DNA of 64,000 nucleotides from Dimorphilus gyrociliatus (Eukaryota > Animalia > Annelida), in NCBI GenBank assembly GCA_904063045.1, contig CAJFCJ010000019.1, positions 1,441,700 through 1,505,699 of the forward strand, in the 5' to 3' direction. A program made the position numbers and the translations under genes. This document shows positions 1 to 11,844 of the stretch, piece after piece; position 1 is the first letter of the stretch, and each line of letters opens with the position of its first letter. The notes beneath the pieces were generated by a model that worked only from the letters and a program-made list of their open reading frames with translations, ran no database searches and was not told the origin of the DNA.

Positions 1-472
1 GATAGCTGTTTTATACCTCTGGGTATCTCAGTATTTTATAACGGTTTTTGTGAAATAGAATCTATTACTAATAGTCATTTAAGCGTCTTCTAGAAGGAAA
101 ATTCCAAACAAAAAATTTATTTGTTCAGTTTCTTTTACTTTTTAATAGATGTACAGATGTAGAAAAAAAGGCATTTTCACATCAAAAGTTCTCCTCATTT
201 ATTAAATAAAAAATATTAATATGAACAGAAAGAAGTATTTGTATCATACGTAAAATCACTACCATGCTATAATCATTGTAAACTAGACATCTCTCAAGAG
301 ATAGAGCAAAAAATATTAAATAATAATGAGTAGATAGTAGAGTATGAGTTTCGGAGAGGTAAAGATAGATAGAGAGAAGAAAGAAAAAGCAAATAAAAAT
401 AGGAAAAAAAGATACCAAAACCTTTTTATGCTGCTCTGTTGCTGCCACATTAAACTCAATGAACTATAACTT

Positions 473-590
473 GAGAGAGAGAGATAGAAATAGAGATAGA
501 TAGACAGAAAAAGAGAGAGAGGGGTATATATATATGTATATATATTATATGCTGAGAGAGAGAGAGAGAGAGATAGAGAAAGAGAAAATA
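473..590. repeat. (GA)n/(GATA)n/(TA)n microsatellite cluster
   Basis: Runs such as gagagagagagagagagaga, gatagatagacag and tatatatatgtatata are read directly. They explain the low-complexity L/S/F-rich ORFs 182..448 and 316..609. Confidence 0.9.
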
Positions 591-705
591 AGACAAGATA
601 CTCTATCATCTAAGTAGTATAAAGATTCAGATGAAATTTTTTTCGCGCTCTTTTTTGTCGCATTTATTTTTTTATAATTGATTATGAGATATCGTTTTCA
701 TTTTT

Positions 706-3700
706 CTAGCACCTTCTCTTAGATGCTGCATGTAGTCTAGGAAACTTGTTATTATTAACGCCGTCAGGTAGATCATCTGTTTGAAAAATATAATAATTAA
801 TTAACCATGGCTCCTTTAGGTAGTAACTAATTTGACTCAGTTTTCTTTGGTAATTTGATAAATATTATTTATAAATTATGATATAAATTAATATTCCATT
901 GATTAGTCATAAAATAGTGAATCAATAAAAGATATCCTACCTAGACACCTGTAGCTCAACTGCGAAAATATAACCTTTTCTTGTGAAAATACTAGAAGAC
1001 CTAGACTACCTCCGATAAATGTTGTATCCTTTAAGTGACCAGAATCTATTATTCTAACGCTACCGTCGAAAATTTGTAATCTAATATAACCAAAGTCTGG
1101 TCTATGCTGTAATTTCCATTTATAAGATCTTCGCATTTTCCATGAGATACCATTTGAATCTTTCCATAGAGTTGTTGTTTGCCCAGGAACACTAAAACTA
1201 TGCCATAATGAATTTCTCATCATAGGTCCCGGTCCAGTTCCTGAGTGAACAACTTTAATATGAACACCTGGTTCAGCAACTGCTCTAAAAGGAGTGTTTT
1301 CCCAATAGGTCTGTTTTCCTCTCTTCCACATAACAGCGTAGAAGTGACTGCTATTTGTATAGCCAAATACAAGACCGGCATAATCATTGTCAACTTTAGA
1401 GTCAACGTAGAATGTTCCATCAAAGTCAACGCCAGCAAAACGATGATATCCGACAAACAAACCAGGGTCACTGTTAATATGCTGTATAACTTCGGCTCCG
1501 TTATCCCTAATATCCCAATCTGGATCATCTTGGGAGTCCTCTGTAGGAATAGATTAAATCAGTTTGAAAAATTAAGACAAATCGTCAGGAATAAAGGATA
1601 ACCTTTAGGATCAAGCATAATCTGGGTATAATTTCTAAAATCAGTATCAAATATTTCTTTATTTCTGTAGCAAACGTCCAAATGGTCTGGCTGATTGTCA
1701 CCGTCACAATCCTTGTCACAAGCATCACCTTGACCGTCGTTATCGGCATCGCGTTGGTCCGGGTTATATACTAAACGGCAATTGTCGTTATCATCTAGAA
1801 TTTTATCGTTATCATCATCAGGATCACACTCATCGCCCATTCCGTCTCCATCCGTATCCAATTGATCTGGATTTCTGTGATCTGGACAATTATCATTTCT
1901 ATCTGGTATGCCGTCTCTATCCCTATCTGAAAAGCCTTCACAAGCGTCTCCAATCCTATTTTTATTATTATCTGCTTGATCTTTATTAGGTTCATCAGGG
2001 CAGTTATCACAGGCGTCACCGATGCTGTCTTTGTCTCTATCCAATTGGTGCCGATTTTTCACATAAGGACAGTTATCATTTTCATTAAGTATTCCATCAT
2101 TATCGATATCGCTATCGCACGCATCACCTACGCCGTCACGATCCATATCATTTTGATTTTTATTTGCTTTGAATTTACAATTGTCGCAAACGTCGCCTAT
2201 TCCATCTTTATCCTAACATTTCATTGCAAACTAGACTTATTTTTTAAATCTTATTTAAATCGTACCTGATCTCTTTGATCCTTATTGGGGATATATGGAC
2301 AATTATCGTCCGCATTACGTATACCATCATTGTCTGAGTCATCTTCACATGCGTCACCCACACCGTTATTATTTACATCTTCCTGACCACTATTTGGGAC
2401 TGTGGGGCAATTGTCCCTTCTACAGTTGGCTTCTGGACATTGTAAGGAAGTGTCGGGGAAGCCATCTTCGTCAGTATCAAGTCCGCAAATTTTGCCATTA
2501 CCAGCATAGCCCGGCTTACAACGACACATATAGCCGCTCTGTCCGTACATTAGAACGCATTCTGCGTTACTTCCGCAAATAACTTTACCATCAGGACATA
2601 GTCCCTCTTTCCTTTTACAACCGTATAATTGATTTCCTTCGTAGCCAAATTTACACTCTCCACACCTGGATGATCCAGGTGTGTTTATACACTCGGAATT
2701 GGCCGTACAACCACCATTGTTTATCATGCACTCATTAATATCTGTGCAAATTTGTTTTTTTCTTCTTGCATCAACTGATAAAAAGATATACAGTATCATA
2801 AGACAAACTTCTAGTACTGATTTGAAAAGAATTGAAAAACCTACGTATGCCTATTCCCTGAAACGCTGAACCTGTATAACCGCTAGGACATTCCGTGCAT
2901 CGATAACCAGGCTGTAAATTAATACAAGTCGTTAACCTGTCGCAAGGTTGTTCCTCTCGGCACTCATCAATATCAATACAATTAACGCCGTCTCCCTTTG
3001 TTCCTAATGGACAGTCGTCACAAACATATCCATTAGCTGTGTCCCGGCATTTAACCCCAGAGGCACAAGGATTCTCAGCACATCTGATAGGTCGACATAT
3101 TTTACCATCGCCACTAAATCTTTTTGGACACTTTTGACATTCATAACCGTTAGGAGTGTCGATGCATTTCATTCCATTTGGACAACGATGAGTCTCGCAT
3201 TTAATAGGTATACAACGCCTAGTAGGATCACCAGTAAATTTGTCTGGACAGGATCCACATATTGGTCCATTAGGTGTATTAGTGCAAGTAACTCGGTAGT
3301 CACACGGGGGTCTATTGCTTGGGTAGTTTTCGCAGGTGATTTGTTTACAGTTTCGACCATCTCCCCAATAACCTCGAGGACAATCTCCGCACCTCGGACC
3401 ATATAGAGTATCTTCACACTCCACATTATGATAGCAGGGTTTAGGAGCATCAGAACATTTTCTTAATCGACAAACTATACCATCTCCAATTAATCCGGCC
3501 GGACACTTTCCACAAACTGGCCCATGTTCAGTATCCCGACAATCAACTCGTAAGTCACAAGGTGGTCTTTGACTAGGATAGTCGTTACATCTGATTTTGC
3601 GACAATCTCTTCCGTCTCCCCAGTACCCTCTAGGACATGAGCCACACTTTGGCCCAAAATCAGAATCTCTGCATTCAACACCAGAAAAGCAGGGTGAAGG

Positions 3701-5097
3701 AGAGTCGTTACATCTTCGGGCTCTACACACTTCGCCATCACCAACTAATCCAGGAGGACAAGATCCACATCTGTAGCCTGAAGATAGATCTTCGCAGCGA
3801 ACATCCAAGAAGCATGGATTGTCTCTACAACTTATTGGCCTACAACCATTGGGTCCAATACCATGACCAGTATAGCCAGTAGGACAGGGTCCACACCTTG
3901 GACCACTAGCCTCATTGTAGCAAACAACCCCCCGGTAACAGAATGTGTCATCGTCACAAGTAACTTTACGGCACCCGCCTCTTCCAATAGCATCTCCAGT
4001 AAATCCCATCGGACATGGCCCACATTTGAAAAATCCTCGTCTTTTATCTAAATCAGTGCAAGTTGTGTCAGGATAGCAAGGTCTATCCCGACAAGTCCTC
4101 ATTCTTTCACATCCTCTTGGACCAACACCGTCTCCGACATATCCATCTGGACATCTTCCACACATAAAACCTCCACTGACTAGTTCAAAACAGCGAACTC
4201 TATTATAACATGGGCTACTCTCGCAGGCGGTGTTCCGTTGACAGACTCGACCGTTACCAACATAACCATCAGGACATGGCTCACATTCAAAGAGTCCGTC
4301 TTCTTTATTATAACATTTACCAAAGCAAGGATGATCATCGCAAGGACGGTACCTGTAACATTCTCGACCATTTCCAGAATAACCTCTAGGACAGGGTCCA
4401 CATTCGTATCGTCCATCACTAAGATCTCTACATTCAACACCTTTGAAGCATGGATTTCGTGCACAGGCTGACATTGGTTGACAGTTTACACCATTTCCCT
4501 CATATCCATCCGGACATCTTCCACATCTATATTCTCCATTATCTAAATCTTCGCATACAACGCCGTCAAAGCAAGGACGTTTGCGGCATGCTCTTTCAGG
4601 AACTTCTATACAAACTATACCATTGCCATAATAACCTCTAGGGCATGGACCACATTCATAGCGGCCACCATCTAAATTCCTACACCTAACCCGTCGATCA
4701 CAAGGATTACTATCGCAACCCCGAATTTCGCGACAATCTCTTCCGTCTCCATGATAGCCCTCTGGACATCTACCACACACAAAACCTCCATCGTCTCTAT
4801 CTTCGCAAGCTACCCCATGAAAGCAAGGTCGTCTAGAGCATGGTCTAATACGTTCGCATTCTTTTCCATTTCCCACAAAGCCTGAAGGACAATCGCCACA
4901 TGTATATGATCCGTCATCATGATCCTCGCATGTAACACCGGGAAAGCACGGCCTTTGAGAAGCACAAGGACTAGCGTCTTTACATAAGTCGCATTTGGAT
5001 AGCAGTAATCTCAAATTTCTAGTCTCAACTGCTTGGTTCCTCATATCTGCTTGAAGATCTCTCAACGCTCTTACAAGATCGTTAGAGTTAACTTGAG
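706..5097 (-). CDS. Thrombospondin (subgroup B/COMP-like): coiled coil + CxxC, 19 EGF-like domains, type-3 Ca-binding repeats, C-terminal L-lectin domain
   Basis: Exons (minus): 5097-2845, 2774-2266, 2212-1603, 1540-941, 776-706, all with GT-AG boundaries and consistent phases. Motifs: DLVRALRDLQADMRNQAVETRNLRLLLSKCDLC (pentamerising coil + CxxC), DxDxDGxGDACD type-3 repeats, DSQDDPDWDIRDNGAEVIQHINSDPGL and DNDYAGLVFGY...FYAVMWK (TSP C-terminal domain). The signal-peptide exon lies upstream and is uncertain. Confidence 0.95.
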
Positions 5098-5539
5098 CTG
5101 TGTAAATGAATAGCTTGTTAATATTAATTAATTCAAATTAGTATCAAATTAATAGAAAGAAAATACAATTAAAACAAGGTGAAGGAAACTTGAATTTTTT
5201 TATATGAGTTAAAAAACTCTAATTATATGTTTGTTATTAATGTAATATAATGTATTCTTATTGCAGATATACAGCAAATAACTGACAGATTGAAGAGGAT
5301 AGAGAGGGGTGAGAAAAAAAACGAAGCCAACTTTTTAATCTAACCATAACGCAGCTATTTTTCATAGATTCGAGTTGGTGTTGAAAGTTTTAGAACTAGG
5401 TTTTTGTTGCATAGGGAAACTAAATTGCTAGTCTATTTTTAAAACTGTACAATTTGCTTTAGCTGAAAGCATATTTTCTATCATGTTTTTCTTTGCCAAT
5501 GGCAAAAACTATTACAAACAAAATTTACTTGTACTTAAC

Positions 5540-5726
5540 CTGCTGAAGAGCGTCTACGTTCATCTTCAACCATCATATCCGTCAGCTTACATCCAAACTG
5601 TCTCAATACCCTCCTTTCGTCGACTCGTTTGTAGAGTTTTACGCCCTCGCTGGTGTTCTAGATTGATAAACAAATATATTGTGTTTAGTACCGTACTAAT
5701 ACAAACAAGAAGTGTATACAATACAT
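5540..5726 (-). CDS. Candidate 5' exons of the thrombospondin (signal peptide + short linker)
   Basis: ATG at 5726 gives MYCIHFLFVL. A 39-nt gt..ag intron follows, then exon 5657-5540 (NTSEGVKLYKRVDERRVLRQFGCKLTDMMVEDERRRSSA) ending at a phase-1 gttaag donor that matches the phase-1 acceptor at 5097. The intron is short for this locus, so the model is tentative. Confidence 0.4.
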
Positions 5727-8062
5727 AGCCAAACTTCAACACGCACTCAACAGCTGTTCAACATTACGCAGTTATTACCATTATCATAATTCTTTTATCA
5801 TATCTTTATAATTTAATGTCAAGGACATCTTTAATAAGCTTTTTAAAAAAGTCTACTGTTGAGTTGTATGTTTTCTTTCAATATAACCAAGTGTTGAAAC
5901 ACGTGGTAAAAACTTAGTAGCAGATTTATATAATTAAGCGCACATTCACTTGTTAGAAATAAAAAAAAAGAGAAGAAAAAAGTTTTTAATCGGTTATTTA
6001 AAGCTTTTTTGTTTTGTTTTTTTTTTAATAAAGTTATAAAAAACACTTTTTTTTAATAAAAAAAAAAGGTAAGAAAAATTCAGTTAATTGTTAATATTAC
6101 TATAATTTTAAAATCATATTTGGATGATTATGCTGAGTTCTCTTTTAAATTAACTTATAAATCGTACTGTATGGGTGGAAATATCCAATCGGTCGCACCA
6201 TTTTACTGGTACTGTTTTCTTTTCAACCACTACACAATTCTTGAATAGACGAAATATACAAATTTTCTTAGGCCTATAAGCGTGATGAAAATGTAGAAGG
6301 AAGTTTCTTAGTGGAATGTGAGCTAGGTAGACGTCCCTTCTCCCATGTTCGTGTAAGAATACTAATATTGGATGATATAAACAAATAGAAATTGATGTTA
6401 TTCTCACTCCATTTTATTATGATAATACGTTTTAATTCATTTTTTAATTATGATAAATTTTATCTAAGAAAAGTTTGTAATGCGTTACCTCCTGAATAAC
6501 TTTGTTGTATACTGGATTTGCCTTCCAATTTGATTAAAATTGGTTTGCGGTGATCCGATTTAATGGAAAGGAAGACGCCGTGTCCTTTTATATTAATTGA
6601 TTATTTGTATTAAAGTCTCTCGTAGTTCTCATTTTCAATATGACAACTTTAAAAGAATTTTTACCTCGAACAGTTCCAAAAACAGCAAAAAGGAAGAGCA
6701 AGAGCTGCATATCCTTTATAGAAAAGCGTAATTTAGGATATTGTATACAGCTGTTGTGTGTAGAGTGAAGATGCAGGCGGCTATGCCGGCTTTTTCATCT
6801 ACATCTGCTGGGAGCAGTCAAAACAACTACTCCTCCCATTAGTAATTTGATGAGTAAGCCGTTTGGACTTGTATAGTTTCTGTTAAATTTTTTTGAATAT
6901 GATAATGAATTTAGCTAATTATCTTTTTCATAAAAAAGTAGCGTGACTTTAAAAATTATCTTAAAGTTTCCATATCGAAATATGTAAATGAACCCTCCAC
7001 CCCTTCTATATACCTTCTATGCGTTGCTCATTTCCTTATCCTTTCCTCATCTCTTCCTATATAACTTTGGTTAATGGCATTCTTAAAATTATTCCCCGGG
7101 GTATAGGCTAACGCTGATTTATCACTTTTTACACCTTATTCAACTCATAAATAAACAGTCTTATCAAATACTTTTAGCAAGTTCTTTATCGATGAATAAG
7201 ATATTTGGAAGGAGAAAGAAGAGAAGATTAGAGTATTTTATTTATTTTATTTATATATATATATAATACACATAGTATATTTAGCCTGTACTTTCTTATG
7301 ACACATTATACATTTAAACATACTATGTATATGTGTATCGGCATGTATAAATCATGAGCAGAAGGCGGATATAGAGCCACCTACAGAGCATACCCTTCCG
7401 AGCAAGAAAATCAACACGTCCTGGTTGGTGTTATTCTATCCTGTGATGACATAACAAACTCTATTTTTAATATCAAAGAAAATAAGATAAAAGACCAAGA
7501 TAATTATGAAAGAAAGATTGGAAAAGTATTGAAATTACCTTAATATTTCCTTGTTCTTTCTAAAACGGCTTTCTACTAAGAAACAAAGAAAAAAAGAGAT
7601 ACAGAATAAAGTTTGTACAAAATTTAAAATGTATTTTTAGGCGAATTTGACAAACAAGAATAACTTTTTGCCAGATGTATTAAACAATGTAATAATATAC
7701 AATACGAGTGTATACATGTATAATATCAAAAGTTTTGAAGGACGGAAATGATAGGTTTTATATGTATTTATCTTAATATAGAATGATAGAGCGTTTGCTT
7801 CGGTAAATATTATCTTTCTCTTATAATCGGGCTTGTATACTTTCTTATAAAAGTATTATATATACTAATATATATATAAATTTATATATATATATACAGT
7901 ATATGTATTTTTCTCAATATAGACCACACCGATACAATTGATGCATATATGCAAGGTATATGTTCTTATTTGATTGTTTATTTACAATATCTTATATAAT
8001 ATAGACACAAGATAAAGCAGGCTTAAAATGATTAATTAATAATGGATAAAATTTATGTTTTT

Positions 8063-11000
8063 TTATTTAACTGTCTCTTGCTCTAGTTTCTTTGCCTGCA
8101 TAAAGAACCGATTAACATTCTCTGCAAGAGCCATCGCTCCTACGTTCTTCTCTCTTTCGCGGCACTCTTTCTTATTACAATTAACGATCCAATTTTCCAT
8201 GATATCCCTCTTCAAGTTGATAAATTTTGTTCTAATTATACTCCAGAAGGTATTCGACTATATATAATCATACAATAATACTATAAGATAAATTTTGCTA
8301 AATTGGAAGAAAAGAAAATTATCTTACATTTTTGCCACTTGTTTTCTTGTAAATAATGTCTAGTACCCATTCCAAAATTACTATACCGAAAGCTGTTCCG
8401 CATCCAATGAATAATATCCAAAAAGCCCCATAAATTGATGGAACGCCAATTTTTACGGTATTTGAACTTATATCTCCATTGGATTTATCAAGACAGATTG
8501 AAGTTTTAGAAATCCATCTGTCCCCTATCGCATCTACTTCACCACTCTCTCTGATATTATATATACTAATTGTTAATTCTTCAACATATGGAGAATCTTT
8601 TGGTAAGGCTATACCGTAACCCATATTTTCAAATCCACTTTCGACAACTTTTAAACTGCATTCTTGTCCTAATGTATAAAATATAATAAGAAACACTATC
8701 TGTATTTACTCTATATAGCATTTAATAAAATATTTATAACTACCTTTCCAGTATTGAATGGAAGGCATATCGTAAATGAACGCGAACGACCCATTCTCAT
8801 GGATAGCTTTGTCAACACACTCCTTTGCACTTTTACAATAATTGTTCTTCTCCCTCATTCTCTTACTCATTTTTCTGACATGTATAAATAATTTATATCA
8901 CACTATTTTTTCAAATTTATCCTATTCATATTACTTTTTACGTACTTGTATGGTTCTCTAGCTGATGAATCAAAAAATGATTGGACGTGATGGCCTGAAA
9001 CCGTTCCATAATTGACATCGCCTCTATTTGCTAACTCGGAAATCGCTTTTATTTCATCAGCCGATGATTTGACGGTTAAAAAGGCTGCTAAATTAGCCGT
9101 GTAAGACTGGATGATAATTAGGGCACCAAGCCACCATGCTCCGGCTACTATTTTACTAGATATAGATCTTGGGTGCCTTTCACCTCCCTGTTCGAACAAG
9201 GATGCTAAGCTCCATAGAACAGCATTATGAACACTCATTGTATTCTTATCTTCTAACCACTCTCTTTCTTCCCAATAATCAATTGTGCCATCCTCATTCT
9301 TATCCATAGCTTCCAGTTCACCATCATTCATAACTTGAGATTTTCTACCTAAACAATAGAGTAAACAGTCGATTAAAAATTTATAAACAACACAAATTTA
9401 ATTCAAGGGATTTACCATGATGCCCATAAGGGCTAACTTTTTCAATCAAACTAATGACAAGTCCAAGAATAATTGCAGTAAGGAGAGTTAATACCCAAAG
9501 CCTATTCGTGAAAGGGTTTAAAAAAGACCAAGGATCGTAAGACGTTTCTTTACTTGAACCCAGAAGTATACCCATTTGAAGGTCTCTAAAAGGCTTTGTA
9601 AATTCAATATGTTGCTGTCTTTCATATGTTATACTAATCGCTCCTATTCCCATATCAGCTTTCTATATATAATGGTAAACGAAAGGAAAATTGAGACTTT
9701 TAACGGAAATAGATCACCTACGGCTTTTCCACTGTCGTCAACTATTAATTCACCCATAAGGCCATCCCATTTTTCCGTTTTTCGGTCAAAAACCCCATAA
9801 TAAGAAGCTTCATGCAGAACATAATTAAATGAGTGTATCTTGGATAATTCATTTAATAAATCGATTGCGAAGCCAGTGAAGCATTCGTTTCCGGTACATG
9901 TCGATTTTGTGGTGTTATTTGGTCGAGTAATGAATATAAATGGCGGATCCTTTAAAAGTTTGATAATTAATCTCTCTTACTATTACTATTTTTATTACTA
10001 TCTCTATTTTTAGTTTTAAAATCAAACCTCCACAACTGCAACCCTTAAAGTTCGATTAACTAATTCTCCCACGTAGTCTCTTATATCCATCAAAGGTGTT
10101 CCACCAGAAACCGTGACTCCAGTAGCATTAATTTTCATTACCTCGTTATTATCATTGTTCTTTGGTGACGTCCATTCACCAAACTTTTAAAAAAAGATAA
10201 TCTAGAACAACTATTTATACCATAATTTGATATAAGAAACCTTTTCCCACCCTTCCTCTCTTAAGAAGACATAATCGTACGATGAACTGTATGGTGATCC
10301 ATTCGAATTAAATCTAATACGTTTCTTGGAAACTCCAGGAATATCTGTCTGCAATTTTTTTTCCAGAAAACCGTTAATTAAATCTATTTTAAGCTGTTTA
10401 AATAGTTATTATTACTTTTTTCAAAGCGTCTAACATCTTTTCCCCAAATTCCCATTGTTTAGCAGGTATTTCAAAACAATCTAATTTGGCAGTTGTTAAA
10501 TTTTCACTTTCAACTTCTAAGAGTCGGTGTAAAGCATTTGCTAATACGTATACTGAATCATAGAAAGCTGCGGCGTATCCCTTCAAAGAAAAGTATAATA
10601 ATAGAATCTATTTGACATAAAAAAGAAAGCTTCTTAAACATACAGAGAGAAAAGAATCATTTCCCAAGTGAAATTTCTCTTGTAAAAATATAGATTTTTC
10701 CGGTAATGCCGGTCTTAAGCCAACTAGACCTTTAAATTCTCTCCTATCCAGTCCTTTGAAAATATCCTAAGAAGAGAATACCTTTGTTTATGCTTATATA
10801 TTATCAGGAAAAAAAACCATACGAACCGATTCAGTTACTCCATCTGTGCCTATCCAAAGCCACCCTTTCGCCAACATGTTCAATTTCTGAGCTTGAACGA
10901 TTATTTCAACAGCATGATCCGGCAAACAGTGTAAAATGACAACTTTCGCACCTATCATTAAATAGTAGAATACTCGAAATTGTGTATATAATTGAGTTAA

Positions 11001-11844
11001 AACCTGAATTTTTAATTTGTTGTAATTGAGCAATTACACTTATTTTCATCAGTTTAGTGTTGAATCTTTGAACAGTTATAATTTTCCACTTTCTTGTTGC
11101 AGCCATGGATTGAAACGCTGATAACCCATTTATACCTTAAAAACGAAAGAAAAATTTACGGCTGTTGTTAATTAGCCTATCTTTGATAAGAAAAAAATCT
11201 TATTCACCATAGTCAGTATTATCAGTTAACATAGCCATGGTATCCCATCTAAAATAACTAATGAAATCTACTAGTGCAGCACTTTGCTTATTATCCGGAG
11301 ATGCCATTCGTAATAGGTATTTGTAAGCTGCCGTATTCTATTCAATAGAATAAATATTAGATTGTAGTTGTAAAGAATATAATTATTTATACTCGAAGCA
11401 TTGGATCGGTTGCGCTAGGTGATATCATGGGCATGTGTAAGCCTAAACACAGGGGATGAGAAGACTTAACGGTTGTGGTTGTCATTGGTCCTAAAATGCT
11501 GACAATTTCCATCTTCATCAATTCGCAGACAGATTCAATGGCTTCGTATTTAGAAAGCATTGAACTATTAACCCCAAGCATTTCAAGTTTATAATTAGGT
11601 AGCAAGCTTGTATCGTTATTTAAATGTTTTACAGCTATGTCTAAAACTGATTTATAAAAGGGATCTTCTTCAGGTAAAACAGCTCCTAATAAAAAAAATA
11701 TGTAAATATTATATAATAATCTTTTCTAATCAAGAAAATACGTAAATAAAAATTTATAGGTATAAATTACGAACCAAACTTTATGGTTTTCTCTCCAAAA
11801 ACCCCATTTAGAAAAGTAAGTGTAATTAGAAAAATATTTATCAT
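8063..11844 (-). CDS. Ionotropic glutamate receptor family subunit (AMPA/kainate/delta-like architecture with amino-terminal domain)
   Basis: Signal peptide MINIFLITLTFLNGVFG (ATG 11844). LIVBP-like ATD (GAVLPEEDP..., SILGPMTT, SPSATDPML). S1 GAISITYERQQHIEFTKPF. M2 WSLASLFEQGGERHPRSISSKIVAGAWW. M3 SYTANLAAFLT. S2 FAFIYDMPSIQY...GYGIALPKDSPY. M4 IYGAFWILFIGCG. Last exon ends ...EQETVK* at 8063. Confidence 0.95.

Noticed and set aside
182-609. ORFs 182..448 and 316..609
   Set aside because: They are translations of GA/TA microsatellite and AT-rich DNA with no protein-like content.
1590-1602. Intron donor gttatccttt resembling a U12 5' site
   Set aside because: Offset by one base from GTATCCTTT, and the intron is a typical short GT-AG; treated as U2-type.
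3005-3025. KGD tripeptide in TSP EGF16 (CPLGTKGDGVNC)
   Set aside because: Falls in the conserved GxGxG turn of the repeat consensus; likely incidental rather than an integrin motif.
6120-6410. ORF 6150..6407 and a possible spliced plus-strand mini-gene
   Set aside because: No consistent start, phase and stop combination, and no recognisable product.
6759-6803. Imperfect hairpin tgtaga...tctaca
   Set aside because: Short, with bulges and GU pairs; no miRNA or snoRNA hallmarks.
706-11844. Functional link between adjacent thrombospondin (synaptogenic family) and iGluR
   Set aside because: Adjacency only; nothing in the sequence supports co-regulation.
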